Positions 63,509 to 64,000 of a stretch of 64,000 nt of DNA are shown here, piece by piece; position 1 is the first letter of the stretch; every line of letters starts with the position of its first letter. The notes under the pieces are model-generated. The model was not told the DNA's origin and ran no database searches. It saw only the letters and a program-made list of their open reading frames with translations. The stretch is from positions 32,001-96,000 of IMG/VR virus record IMGVR_UViG_3300017786_000003; one strand, given 5' to 3'. Position numbers and translations under genes: made by a program. Source of the stretch: a virus.

Positions 63509-63999
63509 TAGCGTTTAGATAATAATAGTTTAGTATTGTTTAATCTTAGTAACATTTTTCTATCTCCTGATCTATTTTTTCTTAATATTAATTGGTTAGA
63601 ATAATGTCTAAATTTTTTGCGTTGTGTAGGAGACTTATCATAATTAAGATTAAGTGCATTTAAAGGTCTAATATAACCATTACACTGTGTATTAAATATA
63701 GGTTGTTCAACATTAGTAAATTCACCTCTATCATTTGTTATATCAAAAAATTGATTAAATCTAAATTTATGTTCTACTTTAGATGATAGTATGTCTATGC
63801 TACTATTATTTATTATTGGATAATTTAATTCACCCCACGGATCATTGTAAGGTTGCATATTTAGATTTAATAATCCAGATACTTGATCATTATTATAAAC
63901 TATAGCATGATCAAAATTAAATTCTAAATCTTCCCACTTATCTTCTCCACAAGCGTTACCAAGTGTATTATTTTTATAGACGTATGTTTCAAGTTGATA
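63508..63999 (-). CDS. C-terminal part of tail stabilisation (muzzle-type) protein, truncated by window edge
   Basis: Frame is open to the window end (...FNFDHAIVYNNDQVSGLLNL...FRFNQFFD...KKFRH) and TAATG-coupled to the 925-aa gene. Position precedes the cargo genes. Confidence 0.55.
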   Translation of the reverse strand, partial: YQLETYVYKNNTLGNACGEDKWEDLEFNFDHAIVYNNDQVSGLLNLNMQPYNDPWGELNYPIINNSSIDILSSKVEHKFRFNQFFDITNDRGEFTNVEQPIFNTQCNGYIRPLNALNLNYDKSPTQRKKFRHYSNQLILRKNRSGDRKMLLRLNNTKLLLSKR

Positions 64000-64000
64000 T

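Noticed and set aside
1-64000. Stop-codon reassignment (TAG or TGA), known in some crAss-like phages
   Set aside because: Very long ORFs (4565, 1906 and 1218 aa) are intact under code 11, and TAG and TGA both end genes at tight junctions.
1-64000. tRNA genes, CRISPR arrays, integrase/transposase, DGR reverse transcriptase
   Set aside because: Intergenic gaps are short. I saw no cloverleaf, spaced direct repeats, or RT/recombinase motifs by eye. A tRNAscan/Infernal run would be needed to exclude them fully.

Overview
A 64-kb, AT-rich segment of a crAss-like (Crassvirales-type) dsDNA phage genome. The host is probably Bacteroidota/Flavobacteriaceae: starts are A-rich without Shine-Dalgarno sequences, TAnnTTTG-like promoter boxes are present, and the RNR is Flavobacterium-like. 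It uses the standard genetic code. Bases 1-16.9 kb (+) hold the replication block: UDG, DnaB helicase, Sak4-like ATPase, SSB-like protein, primase, RusA-like resolvase, a vWA/MoxR cassette, a PD-(D/E)XK exonuclease, a family B polymerase, DUF932-like and DUF5664-like genes. Bases 16.96-64 kb (-) hold the late/virion block: three tail appendages with a shared N-terminus, a holin, small basic proteins, an envelope cassette, a 4565-aa virion RNA polymerase (DFDID), large cargo proteins and the end of a tail stabilisation gene. A + strand nrdB-nrdA island interrupts this block. The most striking signal is a recurring x-[QKE]-x-G-G motif. It punctuates three large cargo proteins and three small basic proteins, and it falls at the borders of unrelated domains: SET methyltransferase, permuted papain-like His...Cys peptidase, NlpC/P60, DUF6973-like and Tudor-like. 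This suggests a di-glycine-delimited polyprotein or packaging-tag system for injecting effectors. Other highlights are an unannotated 27-aa CDGSH Fe-S peptide, a class Id-type (Mn) RNR, and a beta-barrel/membrane/redox-dead thioredoxin cassette. All calls come from motif reading only; no searches were run.
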